64,000 bases of DNA from Mobula hypostoma. Its lineage: Eukaryota. The translations under genes were made by a program, and so were the position numbers. Position 1 is the stretch's first letter. Each line of letters opens with the position of its first letter. The notes beneath the pieces are model-generated. The model was not told the origin of the DNA, did no database searches, and saw only the letters and a program-made list of their open reading frames with translations. Shown in pieces: positions 13,760 through 25,835 of the stretch. The stretch lies in assembly GCF_963921235.1 (NCBI RefSeq), contig NC_086097.1, forward strand, positions 136,774,001 through 136,838,000, written 5' to 3'.

Positions 13760-14060
13760 AGCAATGTATGCAATACAGACATTATGAGTATTAAGAAAAA
13801 ATTATCAGACAAAGCATCAGTATTCACATCTGAGATGATTGCTGTTATTTTAGTCTTGGAATGGGTCGAAGAAGTATGTGCCAATTAAGTACTTCTGTGC
13901 TCTGATTCATTCTCGATTTTGACATATATTAAAACAGATATTTCAAACTGTCGGCCAGACATTCTTCCTGAGATTGGACAACGTTAGTAGAGGCTACTCA
14001 GATGAAGGCTTGTGTATACTTTTCTTCTGTGTCCTTGCCCATGTTGGGGTTGAAGGAAAC
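13760..14060 (+). pseudogene. Decayed RNase H domain fragment of an I/Nimb/Ingi-type non-LTR retrotransposon
   Basis: KLSDKASVFTSEMIAVILVLEWVEEV..*VLLCSDSFSIL..(frameshift)..FFCVLAHVGVEGN, matching RNase H motifs SVFxAE, CSDSxS and WVPAHVGVEGNE. Confidence 0.75.
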
Positions 14061-14769
14061 TTTACACGAAGAAGAACACAAAAAACTATCTCCAACTCAT
14101 TCCATCATCTCCCATCCTGCAGACAAGTCCCAACAGGCCCCACTCACTAATTAAAACTGGCATGTAAAGTCCACAAGGAACCATCTCCAACTCACTCCGC
14201 AATCTCCTGCTCTGCAGATGGTACGTAGTGTGCTATTCTCGTCTCCTTATCTTGCGAAGAGTGACTTTCCCAAAAATGGAATGCAACAACGACTTATTTC
14301 TGTAGTTTTTGGAATGGTAGGATTGCCAAATAAGGAGATAGAGAGATGAGTTCTGTATGCGAGATGATATCATTCAAATCCATAAATTTTTCCAGAGCAC
14401 ATCAAGGTGGATGCTGGGACAGCACTTTTCCTGGCTGACAGGCCTAAAACTAAGGGTTGTAGAACAAGAGGTAGTCTAATTGGGACTCAATCCGAGAAGA
14501 AATTTCATTCAAAGGGTAGTGAATCTTTGGAATTCTCTATCTCAGAGCTATGGAAGCTCAATCTTCAAGTTCATTTAAGATAAAGAACAGCAGATTTCCA
14601 GTTAAGGAATCAAAAGATGTAGGGTTAGTGCAGGAAAATGGAGCTTGGGTACAAGTTATGACAAATCTTGACGAATGATGGAGCTGAAGAAGTTACTGTC
14701 CCAACTGCTCCTAATTCTCAAGTTCTTATGTTCATTTTTGCTTCTTGCTCCTACTCACAGACCCTCCAA

Positions 14770-16735
14770 ATTATGCAGCATGTAAATTGGCCACTTAGCC
14801 TACCCAATCAATGCTGACCATCAAGCACCCATTTAAACTAATCATCATTTTATTCTTCCCACATTCCCATCAACTGACTCGGCATAGTACCATTTCCTAC
14901 ACACTAGGTAATTTACAGAGCGATTAACCTACTTACCATGCCATGCCTAACATGCCATATTTTTACAGCTACAGAAGGAGGTACAAAAGCTTGAAGTCCC
15001 ATTCAACCAGAATCAAGAACAGCTATCCCCCTTCAACCATTCACAAACAAGAGAAAATCTGCAGATGCTGAAAATCCGAGCAACATTTCAATCGACTGTA
15101 CTTTTTTCCATAGATGCTGCCTGGCCTGCTGAGTTCCTCCAGCAATTTGTGTGTATCCCTTGAACCATTCTTTTCTTGAACAAATTAGCAAAACATCAAT
15201 CTCTACAGTTTATCACTTTGCACTAAAGTGGGCTCATAGTAAAAAATCAAACTGTGTTCCTTGTAAAAATTATGAATAATTTATGTTCAAGGCTGAACGT
15301 AGGTGATGTTTGAGGCTGAAGTCCCCTCTCCCTAGCATGCTGCTAGCTAATATCCAGGCCATTAAGAACAATGATGAAGAACTAAAAGCAAGACTGACCT
15401 ATCAAACAGAACTGAGGACTGCTGTGTGCTTTGTACACCTCCTTCACCTGACTGTCCCATTCAAATTGAGGGCAAGACAATTCACCAGATGGAACATACA
15501 GCAGCATGCAAGTTTAGGCACCCCGGTCAAAATTTCTGTTACTGTGAATAGCTAAGCGAGTAAAAGATGACCTGACTTCTTAGGCAGAATCTGCTCTCGC
15601 ACCATCTACAAATATGCAAATAATAGCACCGTATTGGGCCCTATCTCAAATAATGCAACGCAGTACAGGAAGAAGATTGAGTTTAGGGCCATGGTGTCAT
15701 GACAACAACCTTCCCCTCATTGTCTACGAAAGAGCCAATCACTGACTTCAGGAAGGGGAGCAGTGCACATGTTCTGTGCTACATCGATATTCCAAGGAGT
15801 GAATATCACCAATAGTCTGCCCTGATCCAACCACATAGACTCCACAGTCATGAAAACTCACTGAAGCATCTACTTTCTCAGGAGGATAAAGAAATTTGGC
15901 ATATCCTCATCAACCCTTACCAATCTTTATTGATGCATCTTATTTGGTCCACTGCCCCGTGCGTGACCAGATAAAACTGCAGAGTGTTGTAAACTCAGCT
16001 CAGGACATCATGGAAATTAGCCTCCCCTCCACGTCTTGCTGCCTTTGTAAAGTAGGCAACATAATCAAAGACCCCACCCCTCCCCAGACATTCTTTGTTC
16101 TCCCCTCTTCCATTGGGCAAAAGATACAAAGACCTGAAAGCAGGTACCAAGAAGCTCAAGCACAGCTTCTACTCTGCTGTGATAATACTATCACATGACT
16201 GCTATCACTCGTAAGATATGATGGACTCTAAGTATCACAGTCTACCTCGTTATGATCTTGCACCTTATTGTTTACCCACACTGTACTTGCCCTGTAGCTG
16301 TTCTGCATTCTGTTATTGTTTTACCTTATTCTACTTCAATGCACTGTGTAATGATTTGATCTGTATGAACAGCATACAAGAGAAGCTTCTCACTGTATCT
16401 CAGTACAAGTGACAATAATAAACCTCCTCATGTTTTTCGAAAGGCTACTTAAGTGACGTTATGTGCCTGTGATGCTGCTGCAAATATGATTTTCATTGTA
16501 CATACACATGTGCACTGAGGCATTTGTACCTATGACAAAAAACTCACCTTCACCTGACTACCTCCATTTCTTTGGGATTTGGGAGGAAACTGGACAACCC
16601 AGGCAAAATCCAACACAGTTACAGGGAGAACATGCAAACTCAAACAGACGGCACTAGAGATCTACATTGAACCCAGGGTCACAGGAACTGTGAGAGAGTA
16701 ACTCTAAAGAGTAGTTGTGTCATTGTGCTGTTCAC
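14770..16735 (-). mobile_element. V-SINE split by ~1.6 kb of nested insertions (Penelope foldback, Rex-type fragments)
   Basis: 3' half at ~14770-14935; V-domain/5' half at ~16565-16735; Rex motifs (LPSMLLANIQ, LQSVVNSAQDI) in 15290-16420. Confidence 0.55.
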
Positions 16736-17091
16736 TATGCTGTAGAAAATTCGGATAAAGGCAGCAGGAGAAATAAATGCACTGTTTATCACTGGTAATC
16801 TAAGCATCGGTGCATAATTCTGGCTTTATATTCCAAGACGATGCTGAAGCAGCTAGCCATTTTGGCAGACACATGTTTTAGTTGATCCATCTTTAGTTCA
16901 TAAGATTACAGTTTCTGAGCAGCCATTTCATATTTAAATTGGTCTTATTATATTTTAATTTCTAAAAGATCACTGAACAATTTCTCATTTCTCTCCAAAC
17001 TAAATAAAAATATTTTCATTGATAGAGTAACTAGAAAACCAGTTTAATTCACAAAATATATAATCCCATATTAGTAAGGTCAATCATTATA

Positions 17092-17863
17092 CAGTGGATA
17101 CCAGTTAATTGGGTTATCGATTAATTTGGGCACTTATCTGAGACAACTCTTAAAGAACAAAAACTAATTGAGAAAATATCCAGGATTCCCTTTGTTTATT
17201 TGGGATACGACGCTGCTTAAGTGGGGCAGCAGACTGTTGCTGAATAGGTTCTGACCGGCGTCAGTCCCACACACTTGTGTGGCTGTGACAATGTGCTTAG
17301 AGTGAACAGTTTTTAATATTTTCGTGTGTTTGTGTTCAAAAAGCAGTGATTTTTGTCACTGATAGTCGATCAGAAATAAGCAGTACAGTAAAACAATTCA
17401 GAACAATTTTGCTCATTGTGGTCTCAAGTATTCAGGCTTGGAGATGCCAGAAATGATAGGGAGTGAGAAATTTCACTGTCTCAACAAGTTAAGTACTACA
17501 AAGAATTTGAAGGTATTGACAATCATCTTGAATGTTACAGTGAAAATGAAGATTTGGAGAATGCAACCGTTGATACACTGTGTGAAGACAGTCCTTGCAC
17601 TAGGTGTCAGCACTGATTTTGTTTATTACATACAATGGATGAATTTCTCCATCAATAACTATTAGGAACTAATACACAGTTTTACAGTTCTGTAGTGTTA
17701 TTGATAGTCTCCTAATTTTTTCTGTATTTCATTTAAATACTTAATTTGTTACTCAGATTGTCTTTTTTATATATTTTTAACTATTTCCATGAAACCTCGA
17801 TTAATTGTGGCAGCCGCTTAATTGGGCCAAAATGTACTGGTCCCAATTAACCGAAATCCACCG
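17092..17863 (+). mobile_element. Non-autonomous pogo/Tigger-like DNA element, copy 1
   Basis: TA|cagtggataccagttaattggg ... cccaattaaccgaaatccaccg|TA; colinear with 28375-29173. Confidence 0.8.
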
Positions 17864-18099
17864 TATTTCTGATATTATATAGTTACTATACTACAAAAAT
17901 TCTTGATTGCTTGCAAACTCGCTGGGACATCCTCAATTGTGGTTCAAAATGAGTAGCCTTGACAGGTAACTGATCCATGGTCTTAAGTTCATTGCCCTTA
18001 CCTAAAATACCCCTAGCTTTAAAATATATACAATTCAATACGTCCACCCCATCTGTTCCTCATGGTCATGATATCTACTTTCTTCTCAATCCCATCACT

Positions 18100-18700
18100 T
18101 TCTGACCTGGTGCTCTGGGTCCCTTCTCCCTGCCAAACTAGTTTAAACTCTCCCAAATAGCACAAATGAACTTTTGAGCCAGGATACTGGTTCCCTTGCA
18201 GTCAAATGCAATATGCCCTTCATACAGGTCACACTACCCCAGAAGAGGTTCCAATGATCGAAGAGTCTGAAACCCTACCCACCCCCTCTGTACCAGATCC
18301 TTACCCATTTATTAACTTTTTCTATCTTCCTATTCCTGTCCTGACTAGCACATGGCACCAGGAGTAATCCAGGATTGCTATCTTTGAGGTCCTGCTTTTC
18401 AGCATTTTTTTTGCTCTCTACTTATTGCACAGGACCTCTTCCCTTTCTGCCTTTGTCAGTGGTGCTAGTGTGCTCACTCTCCTCGAGAATGTTCTGTAGC
18501 CTCTCAGAAACATCTTTGACCCTAGCATTTGGGAGGCAACAAAGCATCTCCTTCACAACCATATAATCTACTGCTTTCCCCCATTGAGTCTCCTATCACT
18601 ATTGCTCTGTATGGCTTTACCTGCTGAGTGTCAGAGCTGGCCACATTGCCACTGACCTGGCTGCAACTGCAGGACCCCAGCAGTATCCAAAGGGGTTACT
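18100..18700 (-). mobile_element. CR1 ORF1 (esterase) remnant
   Basis: Colinear with the ORF1 regions at 12200-12780 and 61780-62330. Confidence 0.65.
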
Positions 18701-18728
18701 GATGGATCAACTTATAAATAAGACTCAC

Positions 18729-18798
18729 CAACGAACTCTTCATCTTCACACTGCTCATCTCTATAATTCCAAACAGCTAACAGTACATATCGATCCAT
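18729..18798 (-). CDS. MTBP: MTBP first coding exon
   Basis: ATG at 18798; MDRYVLLAVWNYRDEQCEDEEFV then G|gtgagt donor; the MDRY(L/V)LL..W start is characteristic of MTBP; head-to-head with MRPL13 as in other vertebrates. Confidence 0.9.
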
Positions 18799-19149
18799 TG
18801 TCAGATTTGATAAGGATTGTTTGTTATGAAGTGAATATACAAAGAATTCAAAAGTCCAGGTTTTCTCATAGTGGTTTGACCATGCGTCATTCAATATCTT
18901 CTTAAGTTTCCCAGTTATATCCAAAAGATGCAGCAGTTTTCAATAAACCTTCTGATTTGGTGACCAAGCTGAAGATTCCCTCTTATCTCACGGTTGGAAT
19001 ACGACCTTCCTGCAATAGTTCCTGTTCCAAGGTTGTTAAATTCCGAGACACCGACTCGGCCCAGAGCAAGGGGCTACGGTGTGGGAAAGAAATGACAAGT
19101 TTGCTAAATTCAGGGAGGGAGCGGTGGGGGGGGGGTATTAGCTGAAGGG

Positions 19150-19700
19150 GAGGGGGAACTCTGAGCTAATGGACTAAACCCCCATCTGATCCTCTAACCC
19201 TGGGGGCGGGGTGCGGAAGGAGTCTGAGAAAAAGGTTTAAACGACCCGTTGATGCTCGGACCCCGGGGCGCAGATGAAGAACCGAACGACCATTCACCGC
19301 CTCTACTCCCGCCGCGCGCTTTCCCCGTTCAGCCTCTGTGTCACGGCTAACCGCTCCGGCTGGGAAACAGGGCGCCTCACCCGACTTCGCTGCTACACAC
19401 GACACGGAACAGGCACGTTCATTCAAGCAAAAGTCGGGGAAATACATTCCTGCCGAGAAACTCGTTAAATATATCGATTTTCCTTTCCTACCTGGAATTT
19501 CAATAATAGGGGCCTAAAATTGGAGAACGAAGACTTCCAGCGACGTATCTTCCCCGGAAATGTTCGGGTGTTGCACAAGGAACAGACTTCTGGCAGCATG
19601 TCGAGTTTCACCAAAGCTGTACAGGTGAGGATTGGGATTGGGAACGGGAACGGGTAGAATGGAGATGGAACAGAAGCAGAGTGAGAGTAGGGCTGGGGGT
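19150..19700. promoter_or_regulatory. CpG-rich bidirectional promoter shared by MTBP and MRPL13
   Basis: Local CpG/GC enrichment between divergent ATGs 800 bp apart; GC box (ggggcgggg ~19203) and ETS-type CCGGAAAT (~19554). Confidence 0.75.
19598..19624 (+). CDS. MRPL13: Mitochondrial ribosomal protein uL13m, coding exon 1
   Basis: gcagcATG; MSSFTKAVQ then CAG|gtgagg donor; 27 nt; human starts MSSFSRAPQ. Confidence 0.92.
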
Positions 19701-21485
19701 GGCGGCGGTGTGGTGAGGAGACGAGAGCAAGGGTGGGGAGAGGGTGAGATAACAGAAGAGAGGGAGTACAAAAGGCGAGTATGAGATGAAGAAGAGAGAA
19801 GTGGAGGGGGGCAAGAAGAGGTGGGGAACAGAGTGTGAGGAAGGATACAGGATGAAATTAAAACCAGGAAGGCATGATCGTGACAGGTATGTCGTGGTTC
19901 ATGTAGGTACTAATGACATAGGTAAGAAGAGTGAGTTCTGCAAAGTGAGTTTAGGGAGTTAGGGGCTAAGTTAAAAGGGAGAACCTTCAGGATTGCTTCT
20001 CGTGACAGGTGCTAGTGAAGCCAGAAATAGGAAGATTATACTGTTTAAAATGTGGCTAAGGAGTTGGTCTAGGAGGGAGGGCTCTCTTCCAGGGAAGGTG
20101 GGACCTGTACAGAAGAAAAGACTTGACTTGAACTGGATGGGAACCACTATCCTAGGGGGAAGGTTTGCTCGTCCTGCACGGGGTGTTGAAGGGTGGGGGG
20201 GGGGTTAAATTAGAGTTGCAGGGGGATGGGAACCAGAGTTCCTGAACAGATAGTGGTGAGGTTGTGGAGACTGATGTTGTTAAAACCTCAGACAAAGTCA
20301 AGAATAAAAAGGTTGACCATGGTGAGACTAATTCCCTGAGCTGCATATATTTCAATGCAATAAGTATGGTAGGAAAGGCAGATAAGTGTGGCGTGGATCA
20401 ACACCTGGAATTATGATACTGTAGCCATTAGGGAGACTTAGTTCCAGGAGGGGCAGGACCGGGAGCTCAATATTCCAGGGTTCCATTGTTTTATACGCAA
20501 CAGAGCAGGAGGGATTAAAGGAGGAAGGGTGGCAATATAAGTCAAGGAAAATGTCACCTTGTTAATGGGGTTGTATTACATACCACCCAAACATCTGAGG
20601 GATTTAGAGGAACAAATTTGTAGAGAGATCGCAGAGTTGCAAGAAATATAAGGTTTTAATGTAGGTAATGTTAACTTTCCACATATTGACTGGGACTCCC
20701 ATACAGTAAAAGACTAGATGGGATAGAGTTTCTCAAATGTGTTCTGGAAAGTTTCCTTATTCAATGCATAGAAATCCCAATGAGACTATGCAATACTTGA
20801 TCTGCTATTAGGGAATGAGATGGCAGATGACAGAAGTTTGTGAAGGGGAACACTTTGCATCTAGTCATTGCAATGCCTTTAGTTGCAAAATAAATATGCC
20901 AAAAGATAGGTCTAATCTGCATGTTGAGATTGTAAATTAGAGAAAGTCCAATTTTAATGGTATCAGAAAGGAGTAGCAAGTGTGGATTGGGACAGGCTGT
21001 TTGCTGGCAAAGGTGCACTTAGAAAGCGAGAAGCTTTCAGAAGTGTTATTTTGAGAGTACAAAGCTTGTCAGAATAAAAGGTAAAGGTAACAGGTTTAGG
21101 GAACCTTGGTTTTCAAGAGATACTGGGGCCCTGGTTAAGGGAGAAAAGAGGTACATAGCAGGTATAGGCAGATAGGAACAAATGAGGTGCTTATGCAGTA
21201 TAAGAAATGCAAGAGAAACATACAAGAAAGAAATCAAAGGGGCTAACAGAAGGCATGGGGTTGCCGTAGCAGACAAAGTGAAGGAGAATTCTAAGGGATT
21301 CTACTAATATGTTAAGAGCAAAAAGAATGCAAGGGATGAAATTGGTCCTCTGGAAGATCGGAATGGTAATCCATGCGTGGAGCCAAAAGAAATGGGGGAG
21401 ATCTTAAGTGATTTTTTTGCATCTGTATTTACTCAAGAAAGGGACAGAGTCCATAGAAGTGAGGCAAAGAGGCATCAACTTCATA

Positions 21486-23258
21486 TGTCCAGTCCTTATA
21501 TACTTCCATCCCCCATCAGGAAGGTCTCAAAGCTCTACGCTTCTTTTTGGATTCCAGACCTAATCAGTTCCCCTCTACCACCACTCTGCTCCGTCTAGCG
21601 GAATTAGTCCTTACTCTTAATAATTTCTCCTTTGGCTCCTCCCACTTCCTCCAAACTAAAGGTGTAGCTATGGGCACCCGTATGGGTCCTAGCTATGCCT
21701 GCCTTTTTGTTGGGTTTGTGGAACAATCTATGTTCCGTGCCTATTCTGGTATCTGTCCCCCACTTTTCCTTCGCTACATCGACGACTGCATTGGTTCTGC
21801 TTCCTGCACGCATTCAGAACTCGTTGACTTTATTAACTTTGTCTCCAACTTTCACCCTGCCCTCAAGTTTACCTGGTCCATTTCCGACACCTCCCTCCCC
21901 TTTCTAGATCTTTCCGTCTCTGTCTCTGGAGACAGCTTATCCACTGATGTCTACTATAAGCCTACTGACTCTCACAGCTATCTGGACTATTCCTCTTCTC
22001 ACCCTGTCTCTTGCAAAAACGCCATCCCCTTCTCGCAATTCCTCCATCTCCGCCGCATCTGCTCTCAGGATGAGGCTTTTCATTCTAGGACGAGGGAGAT
22101 GTCTTCCTTTTTTAAAGAAAGGGGCTTCCCTTCCTCCACTATCAACTCTGCTCTTAAACGCATCTCCCCCATTTCACGTACATCTGCTCTCACTCCATCC
22201 TCCCGCCACCCCACTAGGAATAGGGTTCCCCTAGTCCTCACCTACCACCCCACCAGCCTCCGGGTCCAACGTATTATTCTCCGTAACTTCCGCCACCTCC
22301 AACGGGATCCCACCACTAAGCACATCTTTCCCTCCCCCCCCCCGCATTCTGCAGGGATCGCTCCCTACGCAACTCCCTTGTCCATTCGTCCCCCCCATCC
22401 CTCCCCACTGATCTCCCTCCTGGCACTTATCCATGTAAGCGGAACAAGTGCTACACATGCCTTACACTTGCTCCCTTACCACCATTCAGGGCCCCAAACA
22501 GTCCTTCCAGCTGAGGCAACACTTCACCTGTGAGTCGACTGGGGTGATATACTGCGTCCGGTGCTCCCGATGTGGCCTTTTATATATTGGCGAGACCCGA
22601 CGCAGACTGGGAGACCGCTTTGCTGAACATCTACGCTCTGTCCGCCAGAGAAAGCAGGATCTCCCAGTGGCCACACACTTTAATTCCACATCCCATTCCC
22701 ATTCTGACATGTCTATCCACGGCCTCCTTTACTGTAAAGATGAAGCCACACTCAGGTTGGAGGAACAACACCTTAAATTCCGTCTGGGTAGCCTCCAACC
22801 TGATGGCATGAACATCGACTTCTCTAACTTCCGCTAAGGCCCCACCTCCCCCTCGTACCCCATCTGTTACTTATTTTTATGCACACATTCTTTCTCTCAC
22901 TCTCCTTTTTCTCCCTCTGTCCCTCTGAATATACCTCTTGCCCATCCTCTGGGTCCCCCCCCCCCTTGTCTTTCTTCCCGGACCTCCTGTCCCATGATCC
23001 TCTCGTATCCCCTTTTGCCTATCACCTGTCCAGCTCTTGGCTCTATCCCTCCCCCTCCTCCCATCATTTTGGATCTCCCCCTCCCCCTCCAACTTTCAAA
23101 TCCCTTACTCACTCTTCCTTCAGTTAGTCCTGACGAAGGGTCTCGGCCTGAAACGTCAACTGCACCTCTTCCTACAGATGCTGCCTGGCCTGCTGCGTTC
23201 ACCAGCAACTTTGATGTGTGTTGCTTGAATTTCCAGCATCTGCAGAATTCGTGTTGTT
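21486..23258 (+). mobile_element. Young 5'-truncated Penelope-like element (RT + GIY-YIG endonuclease + 3' pseudo-LTR)
   Basis: GVAMGTRMGPSYA, RYIDD, LPFLD, YYKPTDSHSYL; frameshift in the poly-C at ~22332-22343; GVIYCVRC..LYIGET..R..EH..H GIY-YIG; 12-bp TSD atcaacttcata at 21474-21485 and 23259-23270. Confidence 0.93.
23126..23162 (+). ncRNA. Minimal hammerhead ribozyme motif in the Penelope 3' terminus
   Basis: agtc-CTGACGA-agggtctcggcct-GAAA-cg-TC-aactg: both conserved boxes, short stem II, palindromic ACGT in place of helix III. Confidence 0.7.
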
Positions 23259-23659
23259 ATCAACTTCATAGTGACTTGTATAAAGTATTTGCTGTCTTGA
23301 GACAAATTAGGGTGGATAAATCCCCAGAGCCTGGCAAAGTGTTCCCTTGGACCCTGGTGGGAGGCAAGTGCAGAAATTGCCAGGGCCCTAGCAGATATAT
23401 TTAAATCATCCTTAGTGACTGGTGAGGCACCAGAGGATTGGAGGATAGCCAATGTTGTTCCACTGTTTAAGAAAGGCTCTAAACATAAACCAGGAAATTA
23501 TAGGCCAGTGATCTTGACATCAGTAGTGTTATTGGAAGGTATTCTAAGGGACTGGATATATGAGTATCTGGATAGACAGGAACTAATTGAGGATAGTCAA
23601 CATGGCTTCATACATGGTAGCTCATGTCTAACCAATCTTATGTAGAGTTTTTCAAGGAT

Positions 23660-24066
23660 ATTACTATGGGTGATGCCAGCAGGCTCAATAAACTGATTAG
23701 AAAGGCTGGCTCTGTTATAGAAGTCAGCTGGAGGTTGTGGTGGAACAAAGGACCCTACGGAAAATCCTGGCAATTCTGGACCCACTGCATGCCATGTGGG
23801 TTGAACAGAGGAGCACTTTCAGTAATAGACTAAGATAAATGCACTGCTCCAAAGAGCTCGAAATGAGGTCATTCTTACCCTCGGCTACCAGGCTTTATAA
23901 TGAGTCAACCTATAACCAGGGGAGAGATCTTATAATCTTTTCCTTGTAAATCTTGTAACTTATTTTTATTCTTTCTTTCTTGTCTTCTAATATTTGTATA
24001 TCTGTGCACTTGTAATGCTACAGTGACACTGAAATTGCCTTTGGATCAATAAAGTATCTATCTATC
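23660..24066 (+). mobile_element. Rex-type LINE 3' end with (tcta)n tail
   Basis: DASRLNKLIRKAGSVI, RSFLPSATRLYN; aataaagtatctatctatcta tail; interrupts the CR1 RT. Confidence 0.75.
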
Positions 24067-24450
24067 TAAAGCTGATGAAGGCAAGGCAGTGGATGTTTTC
24101 TATATGGATCTTGGCAAGACATTTGACAAGCTCCCACATGGGAGGTTGGTCAAGCACGTTCAGACACTCGGCATTCAAGGTGAGGTAGTAAATTGGATTA
24201 GACATTGGCTCTGTGGGAGAATCCAGAGAGTGGTAGTAGACAGCTGCCTTTCTGACTGGAGGCCTGTGACTGGTGGAGTGGCACAGGGATCGGTGCTGGG
24301 TCTGTCGCTGTTTGTCATCTATATCAGTGACATGGATGATAATGTGGTTAACTGGATCAGCAGATTTGTGGATGACACCAAGACTGGGGGTGTAGTGGAC
24401 AACGAGTAAGACTATCATGGCTTGCAGAGGGATCTGCATTAGCTAGAAAT

Positions 24451-24923
24451 ATAGATAGATAGATATACTTTATTGATCCCGAGGGAAATTGGGTTTTGTT
24501 ACAGCTGCACCAACCAAGAATAGAGCATAAATATAGCAATACAAAAACCACAAACAATCAAATAACAATATGCAAACTATGCCAGATGGAAATAAGTCCA
24601 GGACCAGCCTATTAGCTCAGGGTGTCTGACCCTCCACGAGAGGAGCTGCAAAGTTCGATGGCCACAGGAAGGAACAACCTCCCATGATGCCCAGTGTTGT
24701 ATCTTGATGGAATATGGCCGGAGTCCAACAGCAAAAAGTTCAATATCCGGTCTACAAACACATTCCTCAATCGTAATATGACCAGGATTGCACCATCCAT
24801 TGTTAACCAGAGCAGTAAGCCCCCAACTCCTTTACGCTTACTGCTGTTAGTGCACTTCCCGTCAGCCCGAACGGTCTGGAAGCCGTCCATGGAAAAGTTT
24901 TGATCGGGTATGTTGGGTATGTC
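24451..24923 (-). mobile_element. Internally deleted Rex-type derivative, 5'-truncated copy
   Basis: Colinear with 49470-49935, including the APE-to-3'-end junction; (tcta)n tail. Confidence 0.85.
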
Positions 24924-25109
24924 ATATGGGCTGAAAATGACAGTTGGAATTTAATGCAAAGAAGTGTGAAGTGTTGCACTTTGGTAGGACTAACCAGGGT
25001 AGGTCTTACACAGTGAATGTTAAGGCACTGAGGAGTGTGGCAGAACAAAGGGATCTGGGGACCTGTGTTTTACCGTACTCCTCAGTGCCCTACCATTCCA
25101 CAGATGCTG

Positions 25110-25835
25110 GAGATCCAGAGGAACAAACACAGCCCTGCAAGCGACCTAAATTCTACACCTGCCCATTCACCTCCTTTCTCACCTCCATTCATGGCCCCAA
25201 ACAGTCCTTCTGGGTGAGGCAGCACTTGTGTATCTGCTGGGGACGTCTACTGTGCCTGGTGCTCCCAATGTGACCTCCTCTACATAGGTGAGACTCATTG
25301 TAAATTGGGTTATCTCTTTGTCGACTACCTCTGCACCATCTGTAGGACTTCCCAGTAGCCAGACATTTTAATTCCGACTCCCATTCTGACATGTCAGTCG
25401 ATGGCCTCTTGTGCCAAAATGAGGCCACCCTCAGGGTGGAGGAACAACATTTTATATTCTGTCTGGGTACTCTCCAACCTGATGGTATGAATATAAATTT
25501 TTCTTTCCAATAAACAAATTCCCCAGCCCTTCCCCCTCTTCTATTCCCCACTTTGACCTTTTACTTCTTCTCACCTGCCTATTACTTCCCCGTGTCCACC
25601 CCTCCTTCCCTTTCTCCTGTCGTCCTCTCTTCTCCTATCAGATTCTTTCTTTTCCAGCCCTTGACCTTTCCCACCCACCTGGCTTCACCTATCACCTTCC
25701 AGCTGGCCTCTTCCGCTCCCCCCACCTTTTTTTATTCTGGCATCTTCCTCTTCCTTCTCAGCCCGAAATGTCGACTATTTGTTCATTTCCGTAGTTGCTG
25801 CCTGACTTGCTGAGCTCCTCCAGCACCTAGTCTGC
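25110..25835 (+). mobile_element. Older Penelope-like 3' fragment (GIY-YIG + pseudo-LTR)
   Basis: HGPKQSF, LYIGET, LRVEEQH..LGTLQPDGMN; partial hammerhead (gcccgaaatgtcgac). Confidence 0.8.

Larger units (their letters stand above)
19860..25060 (+). mobile_element. CR1 LINE (ORF1 C-terminus + ORF2) interrupted by three insertions
   Basis: VVHVGTND, EPKEMGEIL..FASVFT, PEDWRIANVVPLFKKG..NYRPV, DLGKTFDKLPH, GVAQGSVLG, FVDDTK, FNAKKCEVLHFG. Confidence 0.85.

Noticed and set aside
18799..18924. N-terminal extension of MTBP suggested by ORF 18712-18924
   Set aside because: Begins at TTG, has no in-frame ATG, and MTBP homology starts at MDRY.
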